A DNA stretch of 64,000 nucleotides from an uncultured Clostridia bacterium (GCA_944391745.1 CALXUS010000010.1:339-64338), one strand, 5' to 3'. Shown: positions 48,098-56,950, numbered from the stretch's first letter. The notes: a model not told the origin generated them from the sequence alone. Translations and numbers: made by a program.

Positions 48098-48385
48098 ATG
48101 CAAGAAAATAACAATGGTTTAAATATTGATTTAAAATACTTAGAAAGTATATTAGATTTAGCAATAGCTAATGATCCTTCTTTAGTTGTTGGTAAATTAC
48201 CAGTAGAAAAGAATTTTAATTACATAAATCAATCATCTGCTCAATCGCAATCGTCTGATAATAATGTTAATGTTTTAGCTTTAGCTATTAGACCTGAAAA
48301 GCATCCATTATTAAAAAGCATAGGCATGACATTCAAAGTTGCTTTTTCAACTTTAGCTGCAAGTTTTGCGAAATTATTTGCTTAG
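48098..48385 (+). CDS. small hypothetical protein (95 aa), paralog of 54865..55191
   Basis: Shares SLVVGKLPVE, NVLAL and KVAFST with the second copy. Has a hydrophobic/amphipathic C-terminus. No family recognised. Confidence 0.6.
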   Translation: MQENNNGLNIDLKYLESILDLAIANDPSLVVGKLPVEKNFNYINQSSAQSQSSDNNVNVLALAIRPEKHPLLKSIGMTFKVAFSTLAASFAKLFA

Positions 48386-48405
48386 ACCTTTACTTAAAAT
48401 TATGA

Positions 48406-48449
48406 TAAAAAAGCCAGTGAATTTTTTATATTATTCACTGGCTTTCTTA
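48406..48449. terminator. bidirectional terminator between convergent genes
   Basis: AAGCCAGTGAA (48411-48421) / TTCACTGGCTT (48434-48444) with an A-run upstream and a T-rich tail. Confidence 0.65.
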
Positions 48450-48452
48450 TAT

Positions 48453-49016
48453 TTATAAATGAAATTTTCTTTTTATTGCTTCTTTTAAATCTTTCGCAGA
48501 TAATATAATTGTAATTATTAGATTTAATAATGAAACTCCACTAGCAATTATTCCCATTATGGGATCTGTAACTATTTTCTCTCCAATTAAAATAGCAGGT
48601 AAAATGCTAAATAGTAGAATAAATAATTGGTATATTGCATATCTTAGATATTTTTTGTAGCTTACTATTGTAAGAATTAACATTGTAAGATTTGCAACTA
48701 TTAAAATTATCGGAATTGATAAACTTAATGACCACCCATGAAATCCTAATCTATAATCAATATATACAGTTAGTAAAGAAATTGCTATTGTTTGTAATAA
48801 TACATGTCCTGCAATATTAACATTTCTATGAATTGAATATATAACAACAATCCATATATATATTATTCCACTATTAGCTAAAGCTGCCCATGGAACGTTC
48901 GGAGTTGTTAATTTATTAATAATCGTTAAAATAATGGCTATAGCTATCGATACACTTAAAAATATCTTTATAATTATCTCACCATTATTTGCACTAATCT
49001 TTTTTGGATATATCAT
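48453..49016 (-). CDS. polytopic membrane protein (about 5 TM), function unknown
   Basis: 187 aa, strongly hydrophobic. Overlaps the upstream acyltransferase-like gene by 23 nt, which suggests an operon. Confidence 0.65.
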   Translation of the reverse strand: MIYPKKISANNGEIIIKIFLSVSIAIAIILTIINKLTTPNVPWAALANSGIIYIWIVVIYSIHRNVNIAGHVLLQTIAISLLTVYIDYRLGFHGWSLSLSIPIILIVANLTMLILTIVSYKKYLRYAIYQLFILLFSILPAILIGEKIVTDPIMGIIASGVSLLNLIITIILSAKDLKEAIKRKFHL

Positions 49017-50301
49017 CTAAAACACCATTGCTTTCTATTTTTACATTTATTCCTTTATTAATCAAAAAATGATAAAATGTTTTCTCTATATTGTTATCAT
49101 TTAATATTGATGTAAATGTAAAACTCATTTTATTTTCATAAGTACATCCTGAACATTTTATTTTTTCTACTGGTTCAGGTGCTATTAACATTAAAAATTC
49201 ATCTATATATTCTTTATATTTTCCTATTATACCTATTCTTCCTATATTAGAAAAAGTAATAGTAGTATATTTTCTTATTTCTAAATAGCTTAATCTAACA
49301 ATAATCTTTTTTAATTCTAATGGTATAGCTTTTATAAAGAAGTTTGTTCCTAATTTAACATTAGCTGACATTGTTTTTGCTATTTCTTCTTCTGTAAGTT
49401 TAGATTTAAAATCATTTTTAACAAACTCAATTATATTGTCAAACAGCTTATCTTCATTTTCACTACTAGAATTTAATTTATTCATATTTGCTTCTAATGT
49501 TATATAAGAGAAAAAATTTGACATTGTTTTAGAAGGAAAATATTTTTTTAAATTAACAGGTATACATACTTTTATTGGCTTTTTTGAATTACTTTTTATA
49601 TAATTTGCTTTATATATAGAGTAAATTAAAACTGCTGTTAAATATTGTGTAACCGTAGCATTATATTTGTCACACTCTTCTTTTAGCTTTTCCATATTAA
49701 TTATTAAGTGTATTGCTGAAATTGCACCTAACTTTATTTTCTTTCCCTTTAATTCATAAGCTTTTTTCGATGATGCATTGCCTTTTAATTTTTTGCTATA
49801 ATTTTTCAAATAACTATCTTCTGTATTGTAATCTATCTTTCTTGTTAATCTTTCATTTGCACTAAATACAGTTGGGTGAAGTAATTCTAAATATGTATAT
49901 ATAATTTCTCTGAAAAATACTACTCCGCTTCCTCCATCAGTTAGTACATGAAATATATCAATATTAATCTTTTTTTCAAAATAAGTTATTTTAAATAAAT
50001 AATCATTATTTTTTGAAGGATCAATGTATTTGCAAGGGTAATCTTTTTCCTCTTCTATTATTGGCTTTTTATTATTTTCCTCTAAATAATACCAAAAAAA
50101 GCCATATTTCATTTTTACTTTGAAAGAAGAATATTTTTCAAGTGCAATATTAACCGCCTTTTCTAATATAACTGGACTTACTTCTTCTTTCATTACTGCT
50201 GAAATTCTAAAAACTGTACTATATTTTCTTCCTGCTGATAGCGGAAAAATTTTAGCAGAATTATCTAATTTTCTCCATTTTAAATTTTCAGCTTCACTCA
50301 T
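48994..50301 (-). CDS. alcohol acetyltransferase / condensation-like acyltransferase (HxxxDG)
   Basis: N-terminal WRKLDNSAKIFPL and DIFHVLTDGGSG (HxxxDG motif). Start placed at ATG 50301 (AAAGGAAA 8 nt upstream). Confidence 0.7.
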   Translation of the reverse strand: MSEAENLKWRKLDNSAKIFPLSAGRKYSTVFRISAVMKEEVSPVILEKAVNIALEKYSSFKVKMKYGFFWYYLEENNKKPIIEEEKDYPCKYIDPSKNNDYLFKITYFEKKINIDIFHVLTDGGSGVVFFREIIYTYLELLHPTVFSANERLTRKIDYNTEDSYLKNYSKKLKGNASSKKAYELKGKKIKLGAISAIHLIINMEKLKEECDKYNATVTQYLTAVLIYSIYKANYIKSNSKKPIKVCIPVNLKKYFPSKTMSNFFSYITLEANMNKLNSSSENEDKLFDNIIEFVKNDFKSKLTEEEIAKTMSANVKLGTNFFIKAIPLELKKIIVRLSYLEIRKYTTITFSNIGRIGIIGKYKEYIDEFLMLIAPEPVEKIKCSGCTYENKMSFTFTSILNDNNIEKTFYHFLINKGINVKIESNGVLDDISKKD

Positions 50302-50329
50302 TAAAATTTTCCTTTCTTGTTTTATCATT

Positions 50330-51229
50330 TTAGTTTTGTTCTGTTTTTATTTCTTTAACTAAGTCTGTGTATGCACTATCTCGTAATTCTTTTTCATTAT
50401 TATCATTTTTTAGTATCCATATATGTGTTGCGCCTTCATATTCTTTAACTTCAACATTAGCTCCTTGTTCTTCAGCTCTTTGTTTTAATATATGCACATC
50501 TGGATTTAATATATCATGAGTTCCTGTATATATTGATATATTATTTAACTTTGATAAATCTCCATCTATTGGATTAACTAAATAACTATTAATTCCGTCC
50601 TCACCTGCATAAGCAACACCCGCTAATTTTAAAGTTTCTTTGTTTAATTGTTTATCTGTTTTTTGTACTTCATTAATTTCTTGATTTTCAAGTCTTACAT
50701 CTAACCATGGTGAAATTAATATTGTTTTTATAGGCAATTTGTATTCATTTGATTCAGTAATTTTTTCTTCAAGTGCTAATGCCAAGCCTCCACCAGCAGA
50801 GTCTCCCATTACTATAAATTTATTTGTATCAATTCTAGAAACAATTTCATTATACAAAGGTTCTACCATATTAAATACATCTTTATAATTATGTTTTGGT
50901 GCTAAAGGATAATCAGGTAATATTACTGTAGCCCCAGTGTCATTTATTATTTTTTCTAAAAAGCTCCAATGTTCATTAGTTATTTCAGCCATATAAGATC
51001 CGCCATGAAAATATAGAATAGTCAAGTCAGTTTTTTCAATATTTTTAGGTGTTAAAATGAAGACTTTTCTATTCTTATAATACTCTTGTTCTATATTACA
51101 ACTATATGAGTCATCTGGTATTTTATTTGTTTCTATTTCTGCAAACATATAATAAGCTACAACTATTGCAGCTGTTAAAATTAGTAGAGCAATTATTGCT
51201 GCGATTCCTCTTAAAATTCTCTCTTTCAT
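50330..51229 (-). CDS. alpha/beta hydrolase (hormone-sensitive-lipase-like esterase) with N-terminal TM anchor
   Basis: YFHGGSY (HGG oxyanion motif), GDSAGGGLA (GDSAG nucleophile elbow) and a C-terminal ATHIW histidine. Confidence 0.8.
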   Translation of the reverse strand: MKERILRGIAAIIALLILTAAIVVAYYMFAEIETNKIPDDSYSCNIEQEYYKNRKVFILTPKNIEKTDLTILYFHGGSYMAEITNEHWSFLEKIINDTGATVILPDYPLAPKHNYKDVFNMVEPLYNEIVSRIDTNKFIVMGDSAGGGLALALEEKITESNEYKLPIKTILISPWLDVRLENQEINEVQKTDKQLNKETLKLAGVAYAGEDGINSYLVNPIDGDLSKLNNISIYTGTHDILNPDVHILKQRAEEQGANVEVKEYEGATHIWILKNDNNEKELRDSAYTDLVKEIKTEQN

Positions 51230-51321
51230 ATTTATCCCTTTATATTTAAATTTAATAAAAACATATTAATTATGTTAGCATAAAGAATTTGAAAATGCAA
51301 CAAATTAATAAAGTCTTAATA

Positions 51322-51729
51322 TTATATATCTAAATGTACCATTAAAGGATATAGTCTTTCTGATATATTATCTTTGCTTGAATTAGAGCAAGTAGCCATT
51401 ATTATACAATTTTTAGGTAAATTAAAAGTACTTATTTTTTTATAATTAAAAAGTTCGTAAAATTTTCCTTGTTCCTCTTTATCTATTTCATCTATATTTT
51501 TTACTATTAGTAAAGAATATTTACCTTTATTTTTTTCTAATAACTCATTATACCATTTTGGAGGAACATAATTTATCCCCTCATAATGACCTATCAGATC
51601 TTCTTTTTTGCATTTTGAATCTATTACAGTAGCTTTACTATAATTATTAATTGCAGTATTTTCGATTAAAATTGGTGAAATACCAGCTTTAATATAATTT
51701 TCTAAAATTGCTATTTTATTTCTACTCAT
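51322..51729 (-). CDS. hypothetical protein, possibly a degenerate AAA+-like fold
   Basis: 135 aa. GGGAG Shine-Dalgarno. LLIVKNIDEIDKEEQ resembles a Walker B motif and IIMATCN resembles sensor-1, but there is no Walker A motif. Confidence 0.55.
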   Translation of the reverse strand: MSRNKIAILENYIKAGISPILIENTAINNYSKATVIDSKCKKEDLIGHYEGINYVPPKWYNELLEKNKGKYSLLIVKNIDEIDKEEQGKFYELFNYKKISTFNLPKNCIIMATCSNSSKDNISERLYPLMVHLDI

Positions 51730-51851
51730 TTTTTGCTCCCATAATTCACTTTATGTAAATAATATATTGTTTTGGGTTATTTGTCAAGGTTTTATAATAT
51801 TCGAAAAAATAAAGCATTCACTAAATTAATATTAGTAAATGCTTTTATAAT

Positions 51852-53366
51852 TTATTTTATATCTTTATAATCATTGGTTTTCTTTATAAATACTATTGCT
51901 CCTATTACTGCTATAGCTATTAAAGTAAATAATAAAGGTGTCATTCCGGTTTGAGGTAATTTTCCTGGTGCTACTGTTTCATCTTTGCCATCATCATTAG
52001 TAGGTTGCTCTGGCTCGTCAGGAATTTCTTCTTTACTTAATTTTAATGAAGGACTATCTTTAGAAGTTATTGTATTTTCTTCATTATAATAATCTACATA
52101 AGTTAAATCTGCTTGGCTAATAATCGGAATTTCTTTATCAACTAATTTTTCGTTTTTCATATTTTTTAATTGTAATGAATATTTAACTTTTTCAGTTTCA
52201 TTTACATCTAATTTATCAATATTTATAGTAATATATCCGTCAGATTTCAAATTTTGTGTATCTACTATATCATTTTCTTCAAAAGTAATATCATAATTGT
52301 CTAATAAATCTTGTGAAAATTGATATTTCAAACTAATATCAGTAATTGCAGTTCCTGTTTCTTCTATAACATCTTTATAAATATTCTCTGTAACAACTTG
52401 CTCTAAATTATCCTCTGTTAGGCTATACATTTTTCCATAAGTAGGATTTTCTACAGTTCCATATAAGTCATTTACATAAGGGCTTCCATCAAATTCTAAT
52501 AATAATTCTCCCGTTGATGTGTTATAATATTTTTTATCAAAACTTGTATTTTCTGGTCTTAATAAAATAAAATCAATATTACTATCTTTTAAACTTAATA
52601 TTTCTTTTTTTGTATCATTAACAACTTTTTGCAAATGCTTTTTTACTGCTTCTTCAGCTGTAAGACCTGTCCACCCACCATAAGTCATTTCTGCTTGTTC
52701 TCCAATTACTATTCCAGGTACATTATCAAATAGAGAAATAAGTATTTTATTTACATTATCTGAAAATTTATTTTTTGCAATTCTTATTGCTACTTGTAGA
52801 TTAGGCTGATATTTATTTTCTTCTGGATTCATATTAATTATTGCATTAACCAATTGAGAGGAATCTCTAGTTGGCATAGATAATATTTCAGCATTATCTA
52901 TACTTCCAGGTACCTTTCCCTCATCTTCTTCTGTTGGAATATTATTTTCATCTACTGAACTTTTTGTACCTGTCATTCCAACAATACCAATTTTAGTTTT
53001 ACTATTTGCCTCAAATACTTTATCTGCAAGCGTTTTTACATAGCCACTAATATTCGTTCTATTTTCTTCATCTAAAGTTTCATAGACTATAATAAATATT
53101 TCTGTATTCTCATATACTTTGTTTTCTTCATCATCTTCTTTTTTAGAATTAGATATTGTTAATTCAACATCTGCCTTTCCATTTTCGCTATCTATTGATG
53201 TAATTATATTATCAAAATAGCTATTTGAATTATTAAAGCTAGTTGTTTCTGCACTCATTCTACTTGTATTTAGTGAATATTTAACTTCTGCAGCATTAAC
53301 ATTGCTATAAAATATTAATGCAACTATAATTAAAAGTGTACTTAATCTTAATAATTTTTTTAACAT
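51852..53366 (-). CDS. LPXTG-anchored surface protein
   Basis: Signal peptide MLKKLLRLSTLLIIVALIFYSNVNA. C-terminal LPQTG plus hydrophobic helix plus KKTNDYKDIK sorting signal. Confidence 0.8.
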   Translation of the reverse strand: MLKKLLRLSTLLIIVALIFYSNVNAAEVKYSLNTSRMSAETTSFNNSNSYFDNIITSIDSENGKADVELTISNSKKEDDEENKVYENTEIFIIVYETLDEENRTNISGYVKTLADKVFEANSKTKIGIVGMTGTKSSVDENNIPTEEDEGKVPGSIDNAEILSMPTRDSSQLVNAIINMNPEENKYQPNLQVAIRIAKNKFSDNVNKILISLFDNVPGIVIGEQAEMTYGGWTGLTAEEAVKKHLQKVVNDTKKEILSLKDSNIDFILLRPENTSFDKKYYNTSTGELLLEFDGSPYVNDLYGTVENPTYGKMYSLTEDNLEQVVTENIYKDVIEETGTAITDISLKYQFSQDLLDNYDITFEENDIVDTQNLKSDGYITINIDKLDVNETEKVKYSLQLKNMKNEKLVDKEIPIISQADLTYVDYYNEENTITSKDSPSLKLSKEEIPDEPEQPTNDDGKDETVAPGKLPQTGMTPLLFTLIAIAVIGAIVFIKKTNDYKDIK

Positions 53367-53393
53367 TTGTATTACCCCCTTTTATTCAATCTA

Positions 53394-53422
53394 ATTTTAC
53401 AAATAAAAAAAATAAAAGTCAA
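53394..53422 (-). promoter_or_regulatory. candidate promoter of the LPXTG gene
   Basis: Minus strand reads TTGACT (53422-53417), 17 nt, TAAAAT (53399-53394). AAGGGGG Shine-Dalgarno downstream. Confidence 0.45.
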
Positions 53423-53444
53423 TCTTTTTTATTAACTTTTATTT
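53401..53444 (-). terminator. lysR-type regulator gene terminator
   Basis: AAATAAAAGT (53410-53419) / ACTTTTATTT (53435-53444), followed on the minus strand by TTTTTTTATTT. Confidence 0.5.
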
Positions 53445-53487
53445 TTCGTCATTAATAATTTATAATATTAATTATTTAGTTTCTTTT

Positions 53488-54387
53488 TCAACTCTTTATT
53501 TTTTCTATTCTTTTAATTAGTTCTAGAGTAGGTTTATTACACATATTTTTATTTAAAGTAGCAATAGATATTTTATCATCATTATATTTTAATTCTTTTA
53601 GTATTACTATGTCTTTATTTTTTAATAAATCCACATCTATGTATTCTTTGATTGAAAAACCTATACCACAACCATTTTGTACTAATTGATTCAATAAATA
53701 AGAGTCTTGTACCTCATATTTTACATAATTTTTTATATTATTTTCTTTACAATATTCATTGAAACGGTCTTTTGCAATATTAGATTTTGGAAGTACCATA
53801 TTTTTATTATTAATATCTAAATTTCCTTTCATTTCATGTTTTTCTAAATATTCTTTTGAAGCATAAAAAATATATGATTCTCCGTTATTATTTATTTGAT
53901 GTATTTCTATATTTGAATATTTTTTTGAATTTTCATATTCATTATATATTGCTAGATCTAATTCTCCTTGTGATACTTTTTTTAAAGCTTCATCGCTAGA
54001 ATTTCTTGATATATTTATTTCAATATTAGGATAATCTTTAACAAATTTAATCAAAGTTGGAAGAATATATTTATTTATTAAAATTCTTCCACCTCCTATT
54101 CTGACATTCCCTTTTTCTAAATTTACATATTGTGAAAATATAGACTCTGCATTTGACATTGTTTCAATGCTATCATTAATATATTCATAAAGTTTTTTTC
54201 CCTCGGCTGTTAATTCTACTCCTTTTTTGTTTCTAAAGAATAATTTTCCACCTAATATGTTTTCTAATTTTTGTATTGATTGTGTTACTGCTGATTGAGA
54301 TATGTATATATTTTCAGCTGTTTTCGATATGTTTCCGTATTTTACTACATCACAAAAAATTTTATATAATTCTAAATTTGCATTCAT
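53488..54387 (-). CDS. LysR family transcriptional regulator
   Basis: 299 aa. N-terminal HTH region FCDVVKYGNISKTAENIYISQSAVTQSIQKLE plus a LysR substrate-binding domain. Confidence 0.85.
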   Translation of the reverse strand: MNANLELYKIFCDVVKYGNISKTAENIYISQSAVTQSIQKLENILGGKLFFRNKKGVELTAEGKKLYEYINDSIETMSNAESIFSQYVNLEKGNVRIGGGRILINKYILPTLIKFVKDYPNIEINISRNSSDEALKKVSQGELDLAIYNEYENSKKYSNIEIHQINNNGESYIFYASKEYLEKHEMKGNLDINNKNMVLPKSNIAKDRFNEYCKENNIKNYVKYEVQDSYLLNQLVQNGCGIGFSIKEYIDVDLLKNKDIVILKELKYNDDKISIATLNKNMCNKPTLELIKRIEKIKS

Positions 54388-54439
54388 AATTTCCTCCCAA
54401 ATTTATAATTAATATATCACTTCTTTAATAATTTGACAA

Positions 54440-54467
54440 TGAGGTGAGAGCCTAAGCTCCCACCTCA
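54440..54467 (-). terminator. G+C-rich hairpin upstream of lysR and downstream of the 80-aa ORF
   Basis: TGAGGTGAGAGC-ctaa-GCTCCCACCTCA pairs at 11 of 12 positions. No clear U-tract on the minus strand. Confidence 0.4.
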
Positions 54468-54536
54468 CTTTCTATGGATTTTTCATTTTGTCTAATTTTT
54501 TTAATGCTTTTGTATAACTTACTATATTACCTATAA

Positions 54537-54779
54537 TCAACAAAACACTATCATTAAAACCAAAAATAGATACCAAAGAAATGTAAGAATGATAATGCTT
54601 TTTACTTCTTCTTTATATTCTTTTTCGTTTAAATATGTTGCTTTTACAATATTCAGATTCTGGTCAAATTCTATGTTTACTTTTCTCTCAACCAGGGCTC
54701 CATCTTTTTGTAAGGTAAGTTCACAATAAAATTTCCCATTTTCTGATTCTTCGTTATACACATATTCAATACTAGTCAC
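54537..54779 (-). CDS. possible small membrane-anchored protein (80 aa)
   Basis: Only a GTG start is available and there is no Shine-Dalgarno. C-terminal hydrophobic helix IIILTFLWYLFLVLMIVF. Weak call. Confidence 0.35.
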   Translation of the reverse strand: MTSIEYVYNEESENGKFYCELTLQKDGALVERKVNIEFDQNLNIVKATYLNEKEYKEEVKSIIILTFLWYLFLVLMIVFC

Positions 54780-54798
54780 AATATATTTTTTATATTTA

Positions 54799-54858
54799 CT
54801 ATTTACTTTTTTAATTTTTTAGTGATATACTATTTATGAAATTTTTTACGAAAGAAGT
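54799..54858 (+). promoter_or_regulatory. conserved promoter/leader block, copy 2
   Basis: TTTACT (54802-54807), 18 nt, TGATATACT (ending 54831), then ACGAAAGAAGT (54848-54858). See copy 1. Confidence 0.6.
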
Positions 54859-54864
54859 TTGGAT

Positions 54865-55191
54865 ATGCTCAATTTAGATAAATATAATTTAAAAGATTAT
54901 AAAGTAACAATTGATGAAAATAAACTTAATCAAATATTAGACACGGCTATTTCTAAAGATTTTTCTTTAGTTGTAGGTAAATTACCTGTTGAAGAGCCAA
55001 AACATTTTGTTTCTGAACCAATATCAGTAAAATCAAATGATTATAATAATTCTAACGTTTTGGCACTTACAGTAAGAGGAGACTATAATGTCTCTATTGT
55101 TAAAAATGCTTTTTTTAAAACTTTAAGAATGTCAGTTAAAGTTGCCTTTTCAACATTTTTTTTAAATTTAATAAGGATTTTTTTGGCTTAA
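54865..55191 (+). CDS. small hypothetical protein (108 aa), paralog of 48098..48385
   Basis: ATG 54865 (the track start is TTG at 54859). Contains SLVVGKLPVE, NVLAL and KVAFST. Hydrophobic C-terminus. Confidence 0.6.
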   Translation: MLNLDKYNLKDYKVTIDENKLNQILDTAISKDFSLVVGKLPVEEPKHFVSEPISVKSNDYNNSNVLALTVRGDYNVSIVKNAFFKTLRMSVKVAFSTFFLNLIRIFLA

Positions 55192-56204
55192 ATATTAGGT
55201 TTAAAAATTGTTTTTATTCTGTTTAATAATTTATTAATTTTACTACTATATACTATTGTTAATGCCATTTTATTTCTGTTTTCATGTAATTTAATTAATT
55301 TTTGGTCTAATTTATTCATAAAATGTGATTTATAATTTTTGCTATTATTGTAATAGTAGTTATTTATTTTTACTTCTCCAGTCATTTCGACATATTTTTC
55401 TAATTTATTAGATAAATTATGTATGTCGTCTTCTGTTTCTAATAACTTGAACTGTTTGTCAAAAAATGTTCTCATAATTAAATCTTGAGTCTGAATATAA
55501 ATATTTTTTATTTTATCTATCTGATTTTCTTTAATTGAATGATTCTCATAATTTATTATCTCGTCAAAAAAATTAATTATTATTTTTGAGTTTTCCTCAT
55601 AAGTATTAAAAAATAAATCGACAAATTCTTCTTCATTTAATATTATTGATTTTACTAAATCATCTTCTCCAATTAGTATAACTATTTGTTCGATTAAGTT
55701 TGTAAGTATTGGATAATAATCTGGACTTATTGTTTTTAATATTATTTCATTCTTATTTATTCTTTGGACACTATTGCTTAGTGCTTTTGCAGAAATGTAT
55801 TGTACAGCTCCTTCATTAATTCCTAAACCATGTAATGAAAGCTCATTAAAATTGCATAAACCTATTCTGTCTAATTTATTTTTCTTTTTTCGTATATCTT
55901 GCATGAAATGAATTATTTCATGTATCATAGAAGCTGTTACAATATTAATATTTACTTTTTCGTCAAAATATATTTTCTGATTATTATATAAATAATTTAT
56001 TTTTGGTAGATTATATTCTATTTTAGCAAAACTCATATTAGCTGATTGTATTTTTTTTATAATTTCCTGTCTTTTATCTTGTAAAATAGGAAAAGCCATA
56101 ATTAAAGAATCTGTTACATTATATGCAACAATTTGTTTTTCTTCCATAGTAAAATTTCTTATTTCTTTAATTCCTAATTTTTTTAGTTTTTTCTCTATTT
56201 TCAA
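55188..56204 (-). CDS. putative zinc metallopeptidase (HExxH ... NEG)
   Basis: 338 aa. TTG start with AGGAG 7 nt upstream. MIHEIIHFMQD followed 31 residues later by GLGINEGAVQY, which resembles the gluzincin third-ligand motif. Confidence 0.6.
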   Translation of the reverse strand: MKIEKKLKKLGIKEIRNFTMEEKQIVAYNVTDSLIMAFPILQDKRQEIIKKIQSANMSFAKIEYNLPKINYLYNNQKIYFDEKVNINIVTASMIHEIIHFMQDIRKKKNKLDRIGLCNFNELSLHGLGINEGAVQYISAKALSNSVQRINKNEIILKTISPDYYPILTNLIEQIVILIGEDDLVKSIILNEEEFVDLFFNTYEENSKIIINFFDEIINYENHSIKENQIDKIKNIYIQTQDLIMRTFFDKQFKLLETEDDIHNLSNKLEKYVEMTGEVKINNYYYNNSKNYKSHFMNKLDQKLIKLHENRNKMALTIVYSSKINKLLNRIKTIFKPNI

Positions 56205-56293
56205 AATTAAGCTCCTATTATGACTTAAATATATTATAAATAATTATATTATAGTATTAATTTTTATTCAAGAAGAAATAATTATTTTATATA

Positions 56294-56326
56294 ATTAAAA
56301 TAGCAGACTCCTTTTAGAATCTGCTA
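56294..56326 (-). terminator. DUF4358 gene terminator
   Basis: Minus strand reads TAGCAGA-(12 nt)-TCTGCTA followed by TTTTAATTAT. Confidence 0.5.
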
Positions 56327-56332
56327 CTAAAA

Positions 56333-56806
56333 TTATTTATTTATTTCTTGATTCAAAGTTTCAGCATTTTCGGCTATTATCATATAAACAGTATTTCCTA
56401 CTACACCCATTACTCTATTTTGCACTAAAGCATATTGTTCTGGTAAATATCTGCTCCACTGTTCTTCATATTGAGTTGCATATTGGTCTAGCTCAGCTTT
56501 TACAGTTTCAACAGTACCATCTTTTGCTTGTATTAGAACATACATAGAAGCTTGTACATTCATCATTGGAATTTTTCCAACTGCAGCTTCTACATTTTCT
56601 GTGTTAATTCCCATTAATGTATTTAGCTCTTCTAAAGTTAAATCTATAGTTGACATTTCATTAAATGGTGCAGAATTTGCTAAGATTTGGCCAGCTGCAT
56701 TAATGTCAAGAGATTTTTCTTTATTAAAAAACATAAAATAAACTCCTAACACTATTGCTATTATAACTAATACAACAATTGCTCCTATTAAAATCTTCTT
56801 TTTCAT
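56333..56806 (-). CDS. DUF4358 domain-containing protein
   Basis: 157 aa. N-terminal TM helix. The YVLIQAKDG...LPEQYALVQN...GNTVYMIIAEN pattern is typical of DUF4358. AAGGAGG Shine-Dalgarno. Confidence 0.65.
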   Translation of the reverse strand: MKKKILIGAIVVLVIIAIVLGVYFMFFNKEKSLDINAAGQILANSAPFNEMSTIDLTLEELNTLMGINTENVEAAVGKIPMMNVQASMYVLIQAKDGTVETVKAELDQYATQYEEQWSRYLPEQYALVQNRVMGVVGNTVYMIIAENAETLNQEINK

Positions 56807-56888
56807 AAATTTCCTCCTTTTTATTTTTACCGAACCACTTTATCATATAAGTATTTAAAAGGCAACTATTTTTTTAAATTTTTTAAGT

Positions 56889-56933
56889 ACAAAAAGAAAG
56901 AGGGCACGACTGGTATTATCCAAATCGTGCCCT
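56889..56933 (-). terminator. G+C-rich terminator of the 303-aa gene
   Basis: Minus strand reads GGGCACGA-(16 nt)-TCGTGCCC followed by TCTTTCTTTTT. Confidence 0.7.
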
Positions 56934-56950
56934 ACTTTCGCTAGGGGATG

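Noticed and set aside
54418-54426. The nonamer AAAGAAGTG is shared between the lysR promoter region (minus strand) and the leader of small-gene copy 1. I considered it as a possible LysR operator.
   Set aside because: It is too short, it is present in only one of the two paralog leaders (copy 2 reads AAAGAAGTT), and there is no T-N11-A dyad context.
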